A stretch of DNA of 60,516 nt, filler included, from Squatina squatina (taxonomy: Eukaryota), in the NCBI GenBank assembly GCA_031763465.1. It is 4 parts of 3 records of this genome, joined end to end, with 100 filler letters (N's around TTAATTAATTAA, not from the genome) between each part and the next. Parts side by side here need not be neighbours in the genome. Positions count along the whole stretch, not along the records: positions 30,865 to 44,140 come from JARFOE010000036.1; positions 44,241 to 60,516 come from JARFOE010000016.1; 2 more parts are not named here. One strand, written 5' to 3'. Shown piece by piece: positions 38,368-51,392 of this stretch (its first letter is position 1; each line of letters starts with the position of its first letter). The translations under genes were made by a program, and so were the position numbers. Below the pieces are notes generated by a model. That model made no database searches and was not told the DNA's origin. It saw only the letters and a program-made list of their open reading frames with translations.

Positions 38368-39666
38368 CTGCGTTGAAAAAAAAATGCATGGGCATTAAAC
38401 GGAAGCAGCAAGCATACTAACCGCTTGAAGTTACATCTAATAAGCTAAACACAAGTGATAATGCATCTGCCCCCAATCCATCTCCTGAAGGTGCCATGTC
38501 GTGCTGTTGTACAGTTCCATGGGCACCAGTTGTGCTTTGATACCTCATGCAAGTGGTCATTTGACTTGGTGGGCTTCACAGTTGAGCCCGATATCATCCT
38601 CACCTGATGTCCACACAGCAGGAGTCACTGCATTGTAATTAGCAGTGGCAACCACCACCTTTCAAGATTTCTTGGCCATTTTTTCAGGAAGGATTTGGAA
38701 AGAGTTACATTCAAATATGGGGTGTGAAAGCAAAGTGCATTCACATAAGGTTTTAAAAAATGCAGACAAAAGATGTTTGTGAGCAGTTTCACTCATCTGG
38801 TGAGGAAATCTTTGGCTGGTTTGTCCACAGCAGGCCTTTCATCCTATGAAGAGAGACAGAAAAATACAGGCAGACATGAAGCCTGTTCATTATTTTCATA
38901 TTTATACAAAGACAAGTTGCACTGCTTTAATTCAGTGAGCTTGATTGTGTCTGTTGCTGTACGTTCACTCGCAGCTGAAGGATTTAGCTCTGGCTCTCTC
39001 TGACCAGATGTTTTCTCAGCCTGCCTTCAAAAAGATTGGAGGAAAAATGTGACAGAAACAGATCGAGTTCAGATCTTACAGTACACTATATTGTGCAAGT
39101 AGATACAGCACTAAACGGGAGATGCTTGGACTGCTTATAGTGCCGTACTCAAAAGAATACAGAAGGGAAAACCTCGAATGTGTAACAGGAGCTTGGGCTG
39201 ATTTTCTGCTGTGTGGTCAGGGCTGATACGGCCAGTTGGAGCATCTCCATCGGAGGGCAGCTAACTCAACCACGTGCTATTTTTTGCATGCCTTGGATTG
39301 GTGGATTTCTAGGCTGGTTGTACTCTGCTGTTTGCCTTGATTTTAGCATCATATTGACACAACGTAATTGGACACAAGGTTACCAGATTATGTTTAGGCA
39401 AGCAGTGCATCAACAGCTCCAGGATGTCAGCCTTACACTCACTCAGAACCTTGTGAACATCATTTTTAATCAGTGAACAGTCAACTCAATTGCATTTAAC
39501 CTGCTTTTAGCTGCTGAGGTGCAACGGTGAAAAGATCCATTTCATTTTTCCACAGAGCAACACGAGCAGTATAGCTTCAGTCTGCCTGCTCTAGACAGGT
39601 ACCTGTAATGCAATAAAGTACTCAAGTTTGGTTATTAAAAGGATTGGAATGGAGAAGAAATAAAAA

Positions 39667-40058
39667 AAGACTTACATTTAAATAGCACCTTTCGCGACCA
39701 CTGGATGTCTCAAAGCACTTTACAGCCAATTAAATACTTTTGAAGTGTAATCACTGTTATAATGTAGGAAATGCAGCAGCTAATTTGTGCACAGCAAGCT
39801 CCCACAACTGCAATGTGATAATGACCAGATTATTTATTCCCTCGGACATGACAAAAACAGATTTTGTCCAGGACACCGGGGATAACTCCCCTGCTCTTCT
39901 TCGAAAGAGTGCCATGGGATCTTTTACATCCACCTGAGAGCAGGTTTAATGTCTCATCCGAAAGCACCTCCAACAGTGCAGCGCTCCCTCAGCACTGCCC
40001 TGGAATGTCAGCCTAGATTTTTGTGCTCATGTCCCTGGAGTGGGACTTGAACCCACAA
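39667..40058 (-). mobile_element. LF-SINE-like element, nearly full length
   Basis: tRNA B-box (GGGTTCAAGTCCCAC) through to the AAGGTGCTATTTAAATGTAAGTC tail on the minus strand. Confidence 0.8.
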
Positions 40059-42728
40059 CTATATGTAAATTACTCTTTGTAGAGAATTAAAATTGTAAAA
40101 CTTTTTATGCAAGTTTTTCCTGAACAGAGGCAATATGTATACATAAAAATGCATTGTGTGTGTTTGTCACATATAAAAGGAAATTAACATTGCAAAATAA
40201 AACTAGAAACAGATGCATTACTGACACTTCCTGTCAACGTTTTGCCTATCTGTTGGAACAGATGATAACTTGAATAATCTGATAAAATATATATTTAATT
40301 CTGCAAAGCACCTTAAATGTATTAAGCTTGAAGGAAAAGAACTGCACAATTGAAAAAGAATACTACAATCTGTTAAGAAAACATTTATCTAGTGCTCCTA
40401 TGCAAGCTGAAAATGTTGTGCTGATCAATGCAGTGACTGATACTGACATTGGCTGCTGCCTTCACTGAACAGACGGCCACCACAGAATCAATGTTAATGT
40501 AATCTGTAACACTGCCACAAGGAACATCTTCAAAGCTACTGGTTTTCCTGAATAACAGATGGAATCTTGGAACGCAATCTCCAATACACTACTAGAAATC
40601 CCCAAATCCCAGGTTATATCATTACAGTTTGACTTATTCTGTCACTGTAAACAAGTGGCCCTGTTTAATAGGAATAGCAACAGCTNNNNNNNNNNNNNNN
40701 NNNNNNNNNNNNNNNNNNNNNNNNNNNNNNNNNNNNNNNNNNNNNNNNNNNNNNNNNNNNNNNNNNNNNNNNNNNNNNNNNNNNNTCGACTCTTCCTGCT
40801 CTTCCCCATTGGACCTCGACTGAGGAATGGATAGAATCCCCAAAGGGATGAAGTTTCAGGCGCCTTTATTTAATACTGGGCCCCCAGAAGACTGTATCAG
40901 GAACATTTTGCAATACTTTTGGTGCCAGGGCACATAAACATTCTGAGTTTCCATAATTTCGTACATAATCCGATGATATGGTTTCCTGCCACAAGAAAGT
41001 GAAAAGCCCACACAGCACGAAGCATCGCAGAACAACACTGCTGGAGGTTAGTTTTTAAGAAATTGTTTCACAACAGATACCATCCCCACTGGTAAACTAG
41101 GTACTTGGTACCACTACAAACTGCACATGCTTTAGTTTGATGTGACATCTATTGCCATATACTTTCCTAGAAATTGATCAAACAACCCTCACTCGTATTG
41201 CTGCTTCGATGAGTTATTCTANNNNNNNNNNNNCAACATCTTCACTGTCTGAAGTAGGGGAAAGTATGGATAAGTTAAACTATCACTGACTATGTCCAGT
41301 TGCGGCAGAACAGATTTTTGCCTGTGCCGAACTTAACTTTGTATTGTTAGATTCTGCGTGCAAGGAGTTAATTCCCAAGGCTACACAAGGTGTTATCAGC
41401 AGAAAGCTATCATCTCACATTGAGTTCTCCAACTAACTAGCACGGTCAATCCACAAGGACAATGTCCTTTCAAGAGTTTACAGTCACACAGCAATGGCGG
41501 TAGTTCTAATCAGTCTAGGCTACATTCAGGCACACAACTGTACCAAATTCTGCCGAGACCAAGTTGATGCAACAAGAAAATTACAGGCAGCAGAGAACCT
41601 CTATGCTCCAGAGTGGAAAAGGTTTGAGTTGACCTATATTCAATGATTAATCTCATGACAAAATAAATGTTACCAAAATAGCGCAGAAAACAGAGGTGGC
41701 CAATCCCTATAAAAGCATAATCGCACTTATTGCATTGAGCTGTCAGATCAAAATAATATTGGTTTGTGAAAGCATGGGCTACAGACAGCTGGATTGGAAA
41801 TCAAATGAAGGGAAATCCTTTGCATTGTGGGCTCAACCCAAAGTGCGAACTGACTAAATGCAAAGATCAAGTGCAAATTGTGAGAGACGGCCCATCGAAC
41901 AACATGGTCAAGCAAAAAAAGCAATGCCNNNNNNNNNNNNNNNNNNNNNNNNNNNNNNNNNNNNNNNNNNNNNNNNNNNNNNNNNNNNNNNNNNNNNNNN
42001 NNNNNNNNNNNNNNNNNNNNNNNNNNNNTCTTCTACATCCATTCCACACCTTCAAAAGTCTTGTTTTCTTTATTTGGTCAACTGCTTGTGCCAACATACA
42101 CTGAAAACCCACCACCACGCTGAGAAATTGAGGCAAGTCGCTTCTGTTTACCCAGCGTGATGTGGCGTGTACTGTGTACTCCCTCCCCCCTCCTGGGGAC
42201 ATACATCACTTAGAGGATTCAGGCACAGGTTGGCAAGAGCCAAGGTTTAGGTGATGCCCAAGTGGGTGCAAGGCTGCTGCTGGTGTGGCAAAATAAAACT
42301 GTGCAGCTTACAGGACAGGGCGCTGGTATCTCACAACGCTCCTGTGAAGCACCTTGGGATGTTTGGCTACGTTAAAGGCGCTATGTAAATACAGTTGTTG
42401 TTACCCTGGCTGCAGCCCTTTGTTCCATCAGAATGAGGAGCGGCCATGTCTGCTGAGTTCCTCTTAACTCTGAGCTTTGATCAACAGTCTCAGTTTGACT
42501 ACATGAAGCTCTGATAGTTTCATGTTATGACAAGTGAAACACAGCCAGCATCTGCCCGATTACTTTGCATTCGGTATTTCCTCAAGATGGTTAGAATTTC
42601 TCCACATTCCTCGAACAAGCCACATTTTTACCATGTTGAGCTCTGGCTGACTTGGAGTAAAACGTATATTGTTGAATGGGTCAAGTTTTATGGGCAATAT
42701 ATTCAGGGCTGGTTAAGCTGATGCTCAC

Positions 42729-42875
42729 CTTACAATCCACCTCGGCCTGCTTGCGCCTGGTCTCGCTGAGCTGGGTCTGCAGTCCTTTGTTTTGTGCTGT
42801 GATGTACTGCAGCTTGTCCTGTAGACCGGTGCAAGCCAACTCTGTCCGGTTCAGAAGGCTGCTATTCACCTGGTT
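42729..42875 (-). CDS. EVI5L: EVI5L coiled-coil exon (147 nt)
   Basis: ctctcctcag acceptor, gtgagc donor, phase 0/0; NQVNSSLLNRTELACTGLQDKLQYITAQNKGLQTQLSETRRKQAEVDCK. Confidence 0.88.
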
Positions 42876-43029
42876 CTGAGGAGAGAACCAAAGCTTATTT
42901 CATTAAAACAGACAAAAGCAGCAGAAACCAGAAATGATTAAACACTATCACAAGTCAGCGCTGCTTGAAATCGGAGTAATATGCAAAGGTCAAACTACCA
43001 AAAATATAGCAATGAATAGTCAGCATGAA

Positions 43030-43342
43030 TTTCAAGAGCAAACGCCTTGCTTGACCAACGCCATTGAATTTTTTGACGAGGTAACAGAGAGAGAGTAGAC
43101 AATGGTAATGCAGTAGATGTAATTTATCTGGATTTTGAAAGGGCCTTCGATAAGGTACCCCATAATGGACTGAGGAACAAGGTCAGAGAATGCAGAGGGA
43201 GGGGACAAGTAACTGAATGGATAGTTAGCTGGCTTCAAGACAGAAAGCAGAGAGTGGGAGTAAAAGGGTAGCTATTCACAGTGGCAGAAGGTGGGTAGTG
43301 GTGTTCCACAAGGATCAGTGCTGCGACCACTGTTGTTCACAA
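43030..43342 (+). mobile_element. CR1 LINE reverse-transcriptase fragment
   Basis: Decayed CLTN..EFF, VDVIYLDF.KAFDKVPH and SGVPQGSVL.PLLF motifs. Confidence 0.85.
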
Positions 43343-43556
43343 NNNNNNNNNNNNNNNNNNNNNNNNNNNNNNNNNNNNNNNNNNNNNNNNNNNNNNNNNN
43401 NNNNNNNNNNNNNNNNNNNNNNNNNNNNNNNNNNNNNNNNNNACACACACACCCCCACACACACACACCCCCACTGCTACACTTCAGGTTTTGTATGCGC
43501 CTCATGCCGATATTTTGCCTTATTCTGTCCTTTTCATGGATGAAGAAACAAATTAA

Positions 43557-43685
43557 TAAAAAAGCAAAATACTATGGATGCTGGAATCTGAAATACTCAG
43601 GTCAGGCAGCATCTGTGGAGAGAAACAGTTAACATTAACAGATGCTGACCTGCTGAGCATTTTCAGCACATACTGTTTTTAAACA
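43557..43685. repeat. Short imperfectly palindromic interspersed repeat
   Basis: TACTCAGGTCAGGCAGCATCTGT pairs with ACAGATGCTGACCTGCTGAGCA; same family as 1722-1791. Confidence 0.6.
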
Positions 43686-43764
43686 GATTAATAAACTGTT
43701 TTCACTCTACAATGACCACTTGCGATCTCCCCAGCTGAACCCTGCGGCAGTACTGTGTTCTCAC

Positions 43765-43893
43765 CTTTTCCATTTCAAGGACCTTATCCTGCATCTCTTT
43801 GAGTGCAGTCAGTGTCTCGGCCTCTCTCAATCGAGACTGTTCCAGCTCCATCTTCAGCTGCATCACCAATTCCTCTTTATGTGGATGATCACA
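43765..43893 (-). CDS. EVI5L: EVI5L coiled-coil exon (129 nt)
   Basis: ttttccatccttcag acceptor, gtgaga donor; CDHPHKEELVMQLKMELEQSRLREAETLTALKEMQDKVLEMEK; ELEQSRLRE is EVI5L-like (EVI5 has ELVQARLSE, from memory). Confidence 0.88.
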
Positions 43894-44140
43894 CTGAAGG
43901 ATGGAAAAGAAAGCAGAAGAGGATTTCAAAAGTGGCCTTTGAAAGCTAGGATTCAACCAAAATGGCTGTTGCAACATAATCCGCCTTCCACTCTGTGCCC
44001 CCATCCATCCCAATGAAAAACAGCAACACCGCATGAAAAAAAGTAGCGAATCCCCAGCCCCTTTTCTTTAATGAATTGTGCCAATAATGGAGTGGTTTTT
44101 GTGGAAAAGAAATTTCCTCACTCACTAACAGTAGCTTCAA

Positions 44141-44240
44141 NNNNNNNNNNNNNNNNNNNNNNNNNNNNNNNNNNNNNNNNNNNNTTAATTAATTAANNNN
44201 NNNNNNNNNNNNNNNNNNNNNNNNNNNNNNNNNNNNNNNN
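44141..44240. other. Artificial scaffold-joining linker
   Basis: 44 N, TTAATTAATTAA (44185-44196), 44 N. Confidence 0.95.
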
Positions 44241-46274
44241 AAAAGCAGTAGAGACTGCTAAATGGACAGTCTCAATCTCTGTGACAAAGATGTCTATGAG
44301 CTCCTCACCCTTGTTGGAGGTAAGGTTGATAGGGGTGGGCAGAGCAGTTTACGGAGACAATTGATAGTGGAGAAAAAAAGCCAGGGTAAATTCATTAAAA
44401 AATCAATTTTAAACGAGTCGCAAACCTATTTATTTTATTTGGATTAATTCCTCATAAAATAGTGGAGAGAGGAATATGATAAGCATGTGTACAAGGTTCA
44501 GATATTTTGCTGGCTGTGCAATGTATCAAACTTCTTATTTAACTTCTTATAGAAAGACAAAGGCATTACATCTCCTGGACATGAATTGGGTAATGAGGAA
44601 TCATTTCTCCCTAACGAGGAAAGGCCCAATACATTTTAGTTCTGGTTCATCAATGTATAGTCTGCTCCAATTAAGGCTAATTTGCTGCATTTTATTTATC
44701 TAAAGTCAAATCTAAATTAATATGTGCTACATAATGCATCAAAATTGTCAAGATACACATGATATGTGTCTAAGTATCCAGATTTTAATGACTTTGTGAG
44801 AAATGGTTTGACTTAATGGCATATTCAACATCAATTTTCATCTGCTAATCATTCCTGATCTGACACCTTGACTTTAATTGACCTGCCGCCTTTTCCTATC
44901 AATCTCCTGAGAAGCAATCAAATCACAATGATAGACATGTTTTAAGTGCTTGCAATTAACTGTAAGCATTTTGCTTTGCATTAAAAACTGAGAAGAATGT
45001 TTATTCATTTCAATTTGCAGAAATGTAAGGGTGCCCAATTGGCATNNNNNNNNNNNNNNNNNNNNNNNNNNNNNNNNNNNNNNNNNNNNNNNNNNNNNNN
45101 NNNNNNNNNNNNNNNNNNNNNNNNNNNNNNNNNNNNNNNNNNNNNATAGAGCCATCAAGAGAGCTTCAGCAACATTTCTTCATGTTTCTAGCTATGTTTT
45201 TTCTTGGCCGGGGGTGGGGTGGGGGAAGAGTGAGAGAAGTTGCAGCCTGATAACCTTTAAAGCTTCAGACAAATTGAACTAAAAGTCATCATTGTGATCT
45301 ATTACCCATAAGTTGAGCCACTAAAAAAAAATCCAGCTTTTCCACGGATGAATGGCGCACAAGCAGAGAATTGCTAGCCTGCGTAATCTTAGACAGCTCA
45401 CGCACAAAAGAAAATGGAGCCCAATCTGATCTACTGCTGTATGTTCCTACAAAGTGCTGTTCACAGGGGACGGAGGCGGCTACATGTGTGCTAAACATTG
45501 CATTGTGATCAATGAGAAGAGTCAGTGACACGTGTATAGATTTGGAAGAGACCCTTGCACATCTGGAGAATTATCCCAGTGCTCTGCACGGATTGCTGCT
45601 TTTGTACCTTGTAGCTAGATAAGATTTTGCTCAGAAAATGATCATCTACTTAGAAAGAGCTTTGGTATAAATGGGGATGTCACTTACAGTTACTTATGAT
45701 GTGGATCCCAAAGAAAAGTGAAATGAGTTTGTCAGTATAACTGGTTGGGAGACTATCCCAGACTGAGATCAGGTGAAGTAACATTTCTGGATCTGTGACA
45801 ACCTTTACATCAATGGTCATAACTGTTACTACAGCAGCTGTAAGAGCACAGCCACTCACAGACTTAGTTAGAACGGCACTTCAACACAGTTTTAAACTAA
45901 AGGAAGAGAGGAAAACAAGTAACAGACAATGCAACAAAATGGGGGGAGAGAGAGAGAGAGAGATAAAAACGTAGAGAGCGAGTGATTGGTTAGGGAATGG
46001 AAAAAAAGTAGAACACATTTTAAAAGGAAGATTTGCTTTAAAGATTAATATACAATGGAGACGTGCAGCTCTACTTCACTAACAATACTTGATTATGATA
46101 GCATCCCAGGTCTCACTTGAATAATCGTTCAAAGCAGACCCTACACTGTGATATAAAGAGAGAACTCTTATCCACATACATTCTCTGGATGCTGCAGCCA
46201 GCTCTGGAACCAGCAACAGCTGAATCAGAGAGGATTCCTGTTCTAATCTCTCATCGTGTTTAGTGAATGTCAGT

Positions 46275-46352
46275 TCAGATCAATGATTTTGTAACAGCCA
46301 CCATGTGGTCTACTCCACAAGCCACGTCCACGACCTCGCCGGGTACCGTCAC
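46275..46352 (-). CDS. RCC1L: RCC1L (WBSCR16) terminal coding exon
   Basis: tgttttctgttgtttcag acceptor; VTVPGEVVDVACGVDHMVAVTKSLI* matches the recalled human C-terminus VTMPGEPVDVACGVDHMVTLAKSFI. Confidence 0.85.
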   Translation of the reverse strand: MTVPGEVVDVACGVDHMVAVTKSLI

Positions 46353-47789
46353 CTGAAACAACAGAAAACAATGCCATTAGCCATTTCCTCTATTAGCTCT
46401 GGCACCACGTTAGGAAGGATATATTGGCCTTGGAGGGAGTGCAGCGTAGGTTTACCAGAATGATACTTGGACTCCAAGGGTTAAATTACGAGTAGTAAGT
46501 GACACAGAACCCGCCCCCACCCCGCCTTTAGTCCAGNNNNNNNNNNNNNNNNNNNNNNNNNNNNNNNNNNNNNNNNNNNNNNNNNNNNNNNNNNNNNNNN
46601 NNNNNNNNNNNNNNNNNNNNNNNNNNNNNNNNNNNNCCTTCAGAATACAGAGGAGGGGTAATTTGTCATTTAATGCATTAACAAAAGAACAGTTCAAGTA
46701 ATTAGTAGTTTTAATGGTCACAGCAGGTTTTTTGACAGATCTATGGACCTTTCTTCTTACAGATTCAAATTTATTCATGTATGCACGCTCAGTCCTTTGA
46801 AGGGCAGACATGCTGTGGCACAATGCAGTCCAATAAAACTGCAGGGTGATAGGCCTTTCACTTAATGAGTGTAAATGGGAAAATAAAGTCATTTCATAAT
46901 GGAATATTGAAGACACAAATATAGCACTATCACACTGTAGTTTAGAATGCAGCCTGGTATTCATAGAAGTGCTAGTAACTTAATTGAAATACTATCCACC
47001 AATATGTGGAAGATGTGATTCAAAAAGTAAGCTATCTAGGTTCAAAGCAGAAGACACATTCATTGTCCAGGATTTGTAACCTCCGACTGATCAAGAGGGG
47101 ACTTTCACACTTAATGATCCCAAATCAAATGAGTTTGGCTAGCCTCAAACCACTTTAGTCAACACAGTTTCACAGCATGAGGCTGCCATTTGGCAATCTC
47201 TTTAAGGATCCCTTAAGCTGTATGGTAATTGAAACACCGCACTGCAGGAGCAGAACAGGGGTGGCAACAGAATGGGGGTCTAATAACAGAATGGAGAGTG
47301 TGGACATCATGAATTTGCGATCAGAGGCTTACCTGCTGGTCTGGGAGCCACGTAAACGTGCTATCTTCTGCCTCCATAGTCAGGCATGCACAGCGGCCCC
47401 CAGTTCTGTCCAACGTATGCACATCACAGGCACTGGTGAGATCACGTGGGANNNNNNNNNNNNNNNNNNNNNNNNNNNNNNNNNNNNNNNNNNNNNNNNN
47501 NNNNNNNNNNNNNNNNNNNNNNNNNNNNNNNNNNNNNNNNNNNNNNNNNNNGGGGTACAGTTATATCTCAACATTCACTGCAGCTCACTAAGCTACTTCC
47601 AAAGGTTCACACAAATCTGTCCAAAAATGCAATGTGTTGAAAATAAAGATTTCAATGTTTGACGGCACACTAACAGAAACTTCACATGAACATTAGCTAA
47701 AACACCCAAATGCCTACCCTTGTGTATTGTTAGTTGGTAGTTGGTATGATTGCACAAGGATGAGGATGAGTTTGAGGGGTGGTAAGTGA

Positions 47790-48445
47790 GATGGGGAAGT
47801 GATAATGTCGATAGAGAGGGATGGGTGGATGTGCAAGGTAAGTTGATGTGAGTACGGATGTGCCGGAGTAGGGTCGGGAGGGCAGAGTAATGGGGATGTG
47901 ATAAGAGGCACAGCAGGATGAGGTTGAGTGTGGCTTTGCAGTAACGTTTCGTGGTCTACTGAGATCACTTAAAGGTTTGCGCCACTGCAGCCAGCTCTTC
48001 CTGACGACATCCCTGCTTGTGTCCTCCTGTGCTTCGTTGATCTCCTGGGGAGGTCTCTTCCACCCATTGGAAGGGAAGATAACCTCCCTGTGTGCTGTGA
48101 CTCCCTTCATATGCTTATGGAGGGAGTCATGTTAGAGCCTGGGTGCAGCCCTGCACCTCTGTACAGTGTTTGTCAGTGTTTGCAGCAACTCAATGCTGTA
48201 GAACACTGACAGCACAAATGTCAAAATTAATTTGCGTATGGTCCCTTTAAGGAAACCAGCTGTTGACGCATCATCAAATCACATCATCAGACCCACTTCC
48301 TTCAACTGGCCGGGAAATGCACTGGGCGGGCTTAGCAAGCCCAATCAGGGGAAATTCATTTTGGACAGTGGGCTGGAGACAGCAGCGGGGTTGGGACCTG
48401 CCACCGATGTTGCTGCCACGGACCCGCTGAAGTAGGGAAAATCGT
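47790..48445 (-). mobile_element. Harbinger Myb/SANT-like gene remnant and element end
   Basis: HREVIFPSNGWKRPPQEINEA...SRDVVRKSWLQWRKPLSDL resembles the trihelix motif seen at 29.2 kb and 3.6 kb. Confidence 0.6.
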
Positions 48446-49638
48446 GGCCTATGATTCTATAAATCCAACCAAATTTGAGTACAGAGACTTTCTGGAGGTT
48501 GATTCCATGAGAATCCACATCCTTGAACTTACATGTGATTTGAATGTAACAACACATTTGTATGATGTTTCTATAACTAATTTTACTGGAGTTGCCAACC
48601 ATTTAAAAATAAATGGGTTGGCACCTATGTCAACAGTGGAGAAAGGCGTTTCAAATGAATATGCTAATTGCATGCTAATGTCCCACAGTGTAACTTGAAA
48701 GCCTAAGAGTTGGTTCTCAGACCACCCGTGTATGGAGCTGAATTATATTGTTCCTCGGCCAGATGGAATTGATGGAATTGTCCTTTCCTTTTTCCAGGTC
48801 AAGCAATCAAGTCAAGTACAATTTATAAGGAGATAATCTAGTCCATTTCACCCCAGTCTCTTCCTTTCTAATTCTATTTTCCTCCTTAATACATACAAGC
48901 CTTTAATCAGTTGGGTTGGAGATGACTGCAGTTATAAATCTTCACAAGAGATGTCAAGTACGGATTGTAACAAGTTCCAATTAGGAGGCTGTCTGGTAAC
49001 TTTTATCGATTGCAGATAGCGTGGAAAAATTGCTATTTGATTTTATGTAGCAAATGCCACGTAAATTTCACTTTTACAATGCTTTTCTCACAGTTCCATT
49101 CATAAATTTAAATTTTATGGTTGGAAAATAGACTATTGTAACATTTTACGGAATTCTGATGANNNNNNNNNNNNNNNNNNNNNNNNNNNNNNNNNNNNNN
49201 NNNNNNNNNNNNNNNNNNNNNNNNNNNNNNNNNNNNNNNNNNNNNNNNNNNNNNNNNNNNNNCAGGTCTCTGCAGTGGGATTTGAACCCACAACCTCCTG
49301 ACTCAGGAGATAGTTCTACCCACTGAGCAACAGCTGACACTTACTGGGAGTGCAACCAGTTAGATATCTTCTGCTGCTGAGATGGAATGTATCTAAGTAA
49401 AAATCAAATTCCCCAACGCATGTATCTGAGCACGTTGGAGATCTTTTTACATCTCTGTCATTGCAAAGTCATAAAAACAAACTGGCTTTGCATATATTCA
49501 AAATTTGCTAGTGAGAGTTGGTGAATATTTCCATTGATGAAGCTGGCTCCTGATTTCTGTCCTCTGTCTGATATCCCACTGCTGGTTCTGGAATCTACTC
49601 TGGACAAAGAACATTTAAGAGTGATAAAATAGAGAGAA

Positions 49639-49920
49639 TCTTTCGGATGAGACGTCAAACCCATTGGCTGGATGTAGAAGATCACTATTTCGAAGAAGAG
49701 TAATTGAGTTTTCCCTGGGCCAATATTTATCCCTCAATCAGCATCACTAAAACAGATTATCTGGTCATTATTGCATTGCTGTTTGTGGGAGCTTGCTGTG
49801 CGCAGTTTGCTGCCGTGTTTCCTACATTACAACAGTGACGACACTTTAAAACTATTTCATTGGCTGTAAAGCGCTTTAGGACGCCTTGAGGGTATGAAGG
49901 GCACTATATAAATGCAAGGC
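49639..49920 (+). mobile_element. LF-SINE-like element, 3' two thirds
   Basis: CTTTCGGATGAGACG...GAAGAAGAG...CCTACATTACAACAGTGAC...GGCACTATATAAATGCAAG. Confidence 0.8.
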
Positions 49921-51194
49921 ATTTTTATGTTCCTTATCTGTTTCAAAATATTACAAAATGAATTTGGCAATAATTTGTACGCTCTGTGCTGCAACTATCT
50001 TGCAGTGCCTTAGCTGAATGTTCTTATAGCGAGGGGAGAGAGAGAGAGATGGCTTCACTAGCTGAAAGTAACAGTACAGCAAAGAAATAAAGGAAGGGAA
50101 CATACATTGTTGTGGATTTCCAGCTGTAAACCATTCAAACTCATGTTTTCCTGGCTGTAGTATGTATTCCGTTACGTGCCTGCGATTGCGAGCTGTTTGA
50201 TCTAGCTTGGCTGGCTAATTAATTACAGACTGGTCCTGATATTAGAATCTCTGGAATGCACATTTATCACTGTGGAAGACTGAATATATGATGCATGAGC
50301 ATTGTCACAGTCATTTTCACTTCTGGTCCTTAAGACTTTGCAGCTTTCTTTCCCTTCCTTCCTCCCTCTTCATAATAAAGTGATCAACACTCGGAATGAA
50401 CTTTTTGGTAAGGTAACAGAGGCCAAAAACTTTGAATCATTTTAACAGGTGGATGGGGAAGTGTCAGTTCTTTTCAAATTGATGAGCTGAGATAGGCTGA
50501 CCAAATCCATCTTGCCATCTTGTAATCTCAAGAGAAAAAAAATCATAAATGCTGAACTGATGATTTTTGTTTAGTCCAACCACATTAGCTTGAATGATGA
50601 CAAGATCTATCAACACTTCGACAAATTTTTGCTGCTAATTCGTTTTGCGCTCTGCAGCTGTTGCAAATTAGAATTCACTCTGTTAATCATGTGAGCTTGT
50701 TTACTCTGCTGTTCGTGCTCAGTACAAATGCCCACCTCCTGGTGCCAGGTTGACAGCAGCTGTGACTCGGAATTATTCCAATAAGAGGCATGTAAACGGA
50801 TTAACTTCAATCTTCAATATTTCCCTGCCCCTCTGTACACCGCAGCTCGTAATGTTGAGATGTCCATCACACGTAACCACTTTTGGTATAGATGACAAGA
50901 GAGATCAGATTCATTAACAACATTTATTTATTTATCAAAGATTCTAAATTTCTCTCCAGTGGTACCAAATTAAAAGAGAAAACAAAATAGTGTCAATAGA
51001 ACTACGAGGGTTAAGATCCTCCTGGTCATTATTTTAACAGAAATATCGGCTTGATTAGAAATTGGGATGTGATTGTTTCACCAAAATTATCAATCAGAGG
51101 AATTTAACTCGCAAAACTTAACAGAGATCTGCAAATGCACTACTTTTATGTAATGGGCTAATTATCTCAAACGTATTTAAATAAAAGAATAATT

Positions 51195-51392
51195 CTTGCG
51201 ATATGGGCAGTGCTATTAAGGGACCATTGGATGGTGGTGAGCCGTTTTCTTGAACCGCTGCAGTCCTTCTGCTGCAGGAGCTCCCACAGTGCTGTTAGGG
51301 AGGGAGTTCCAGGATTTTGACCCAGCGATGAAGGAACGGCGATATAGTTCCAAGTCAGGATGGTGTGTGACTCGGAGGGGAATATGGAGGTG
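51195..51392 (-). mobile_element. LINE (CR1/L2 clade) 3' fragment
   Basis: Minus strand SFIAGSKSWNSLPNSTVGAPAAEGLQRFKKTAHHH, a typical ORF2 terminal WN.LP motif. Confidence 0.7.

Noticed and set aside
43894-46352. RCC1L exon apparently nested in or adjacent to EVI5L
   Set aside because: The two are separated by the synthetic TTAATTAATTAA linker.
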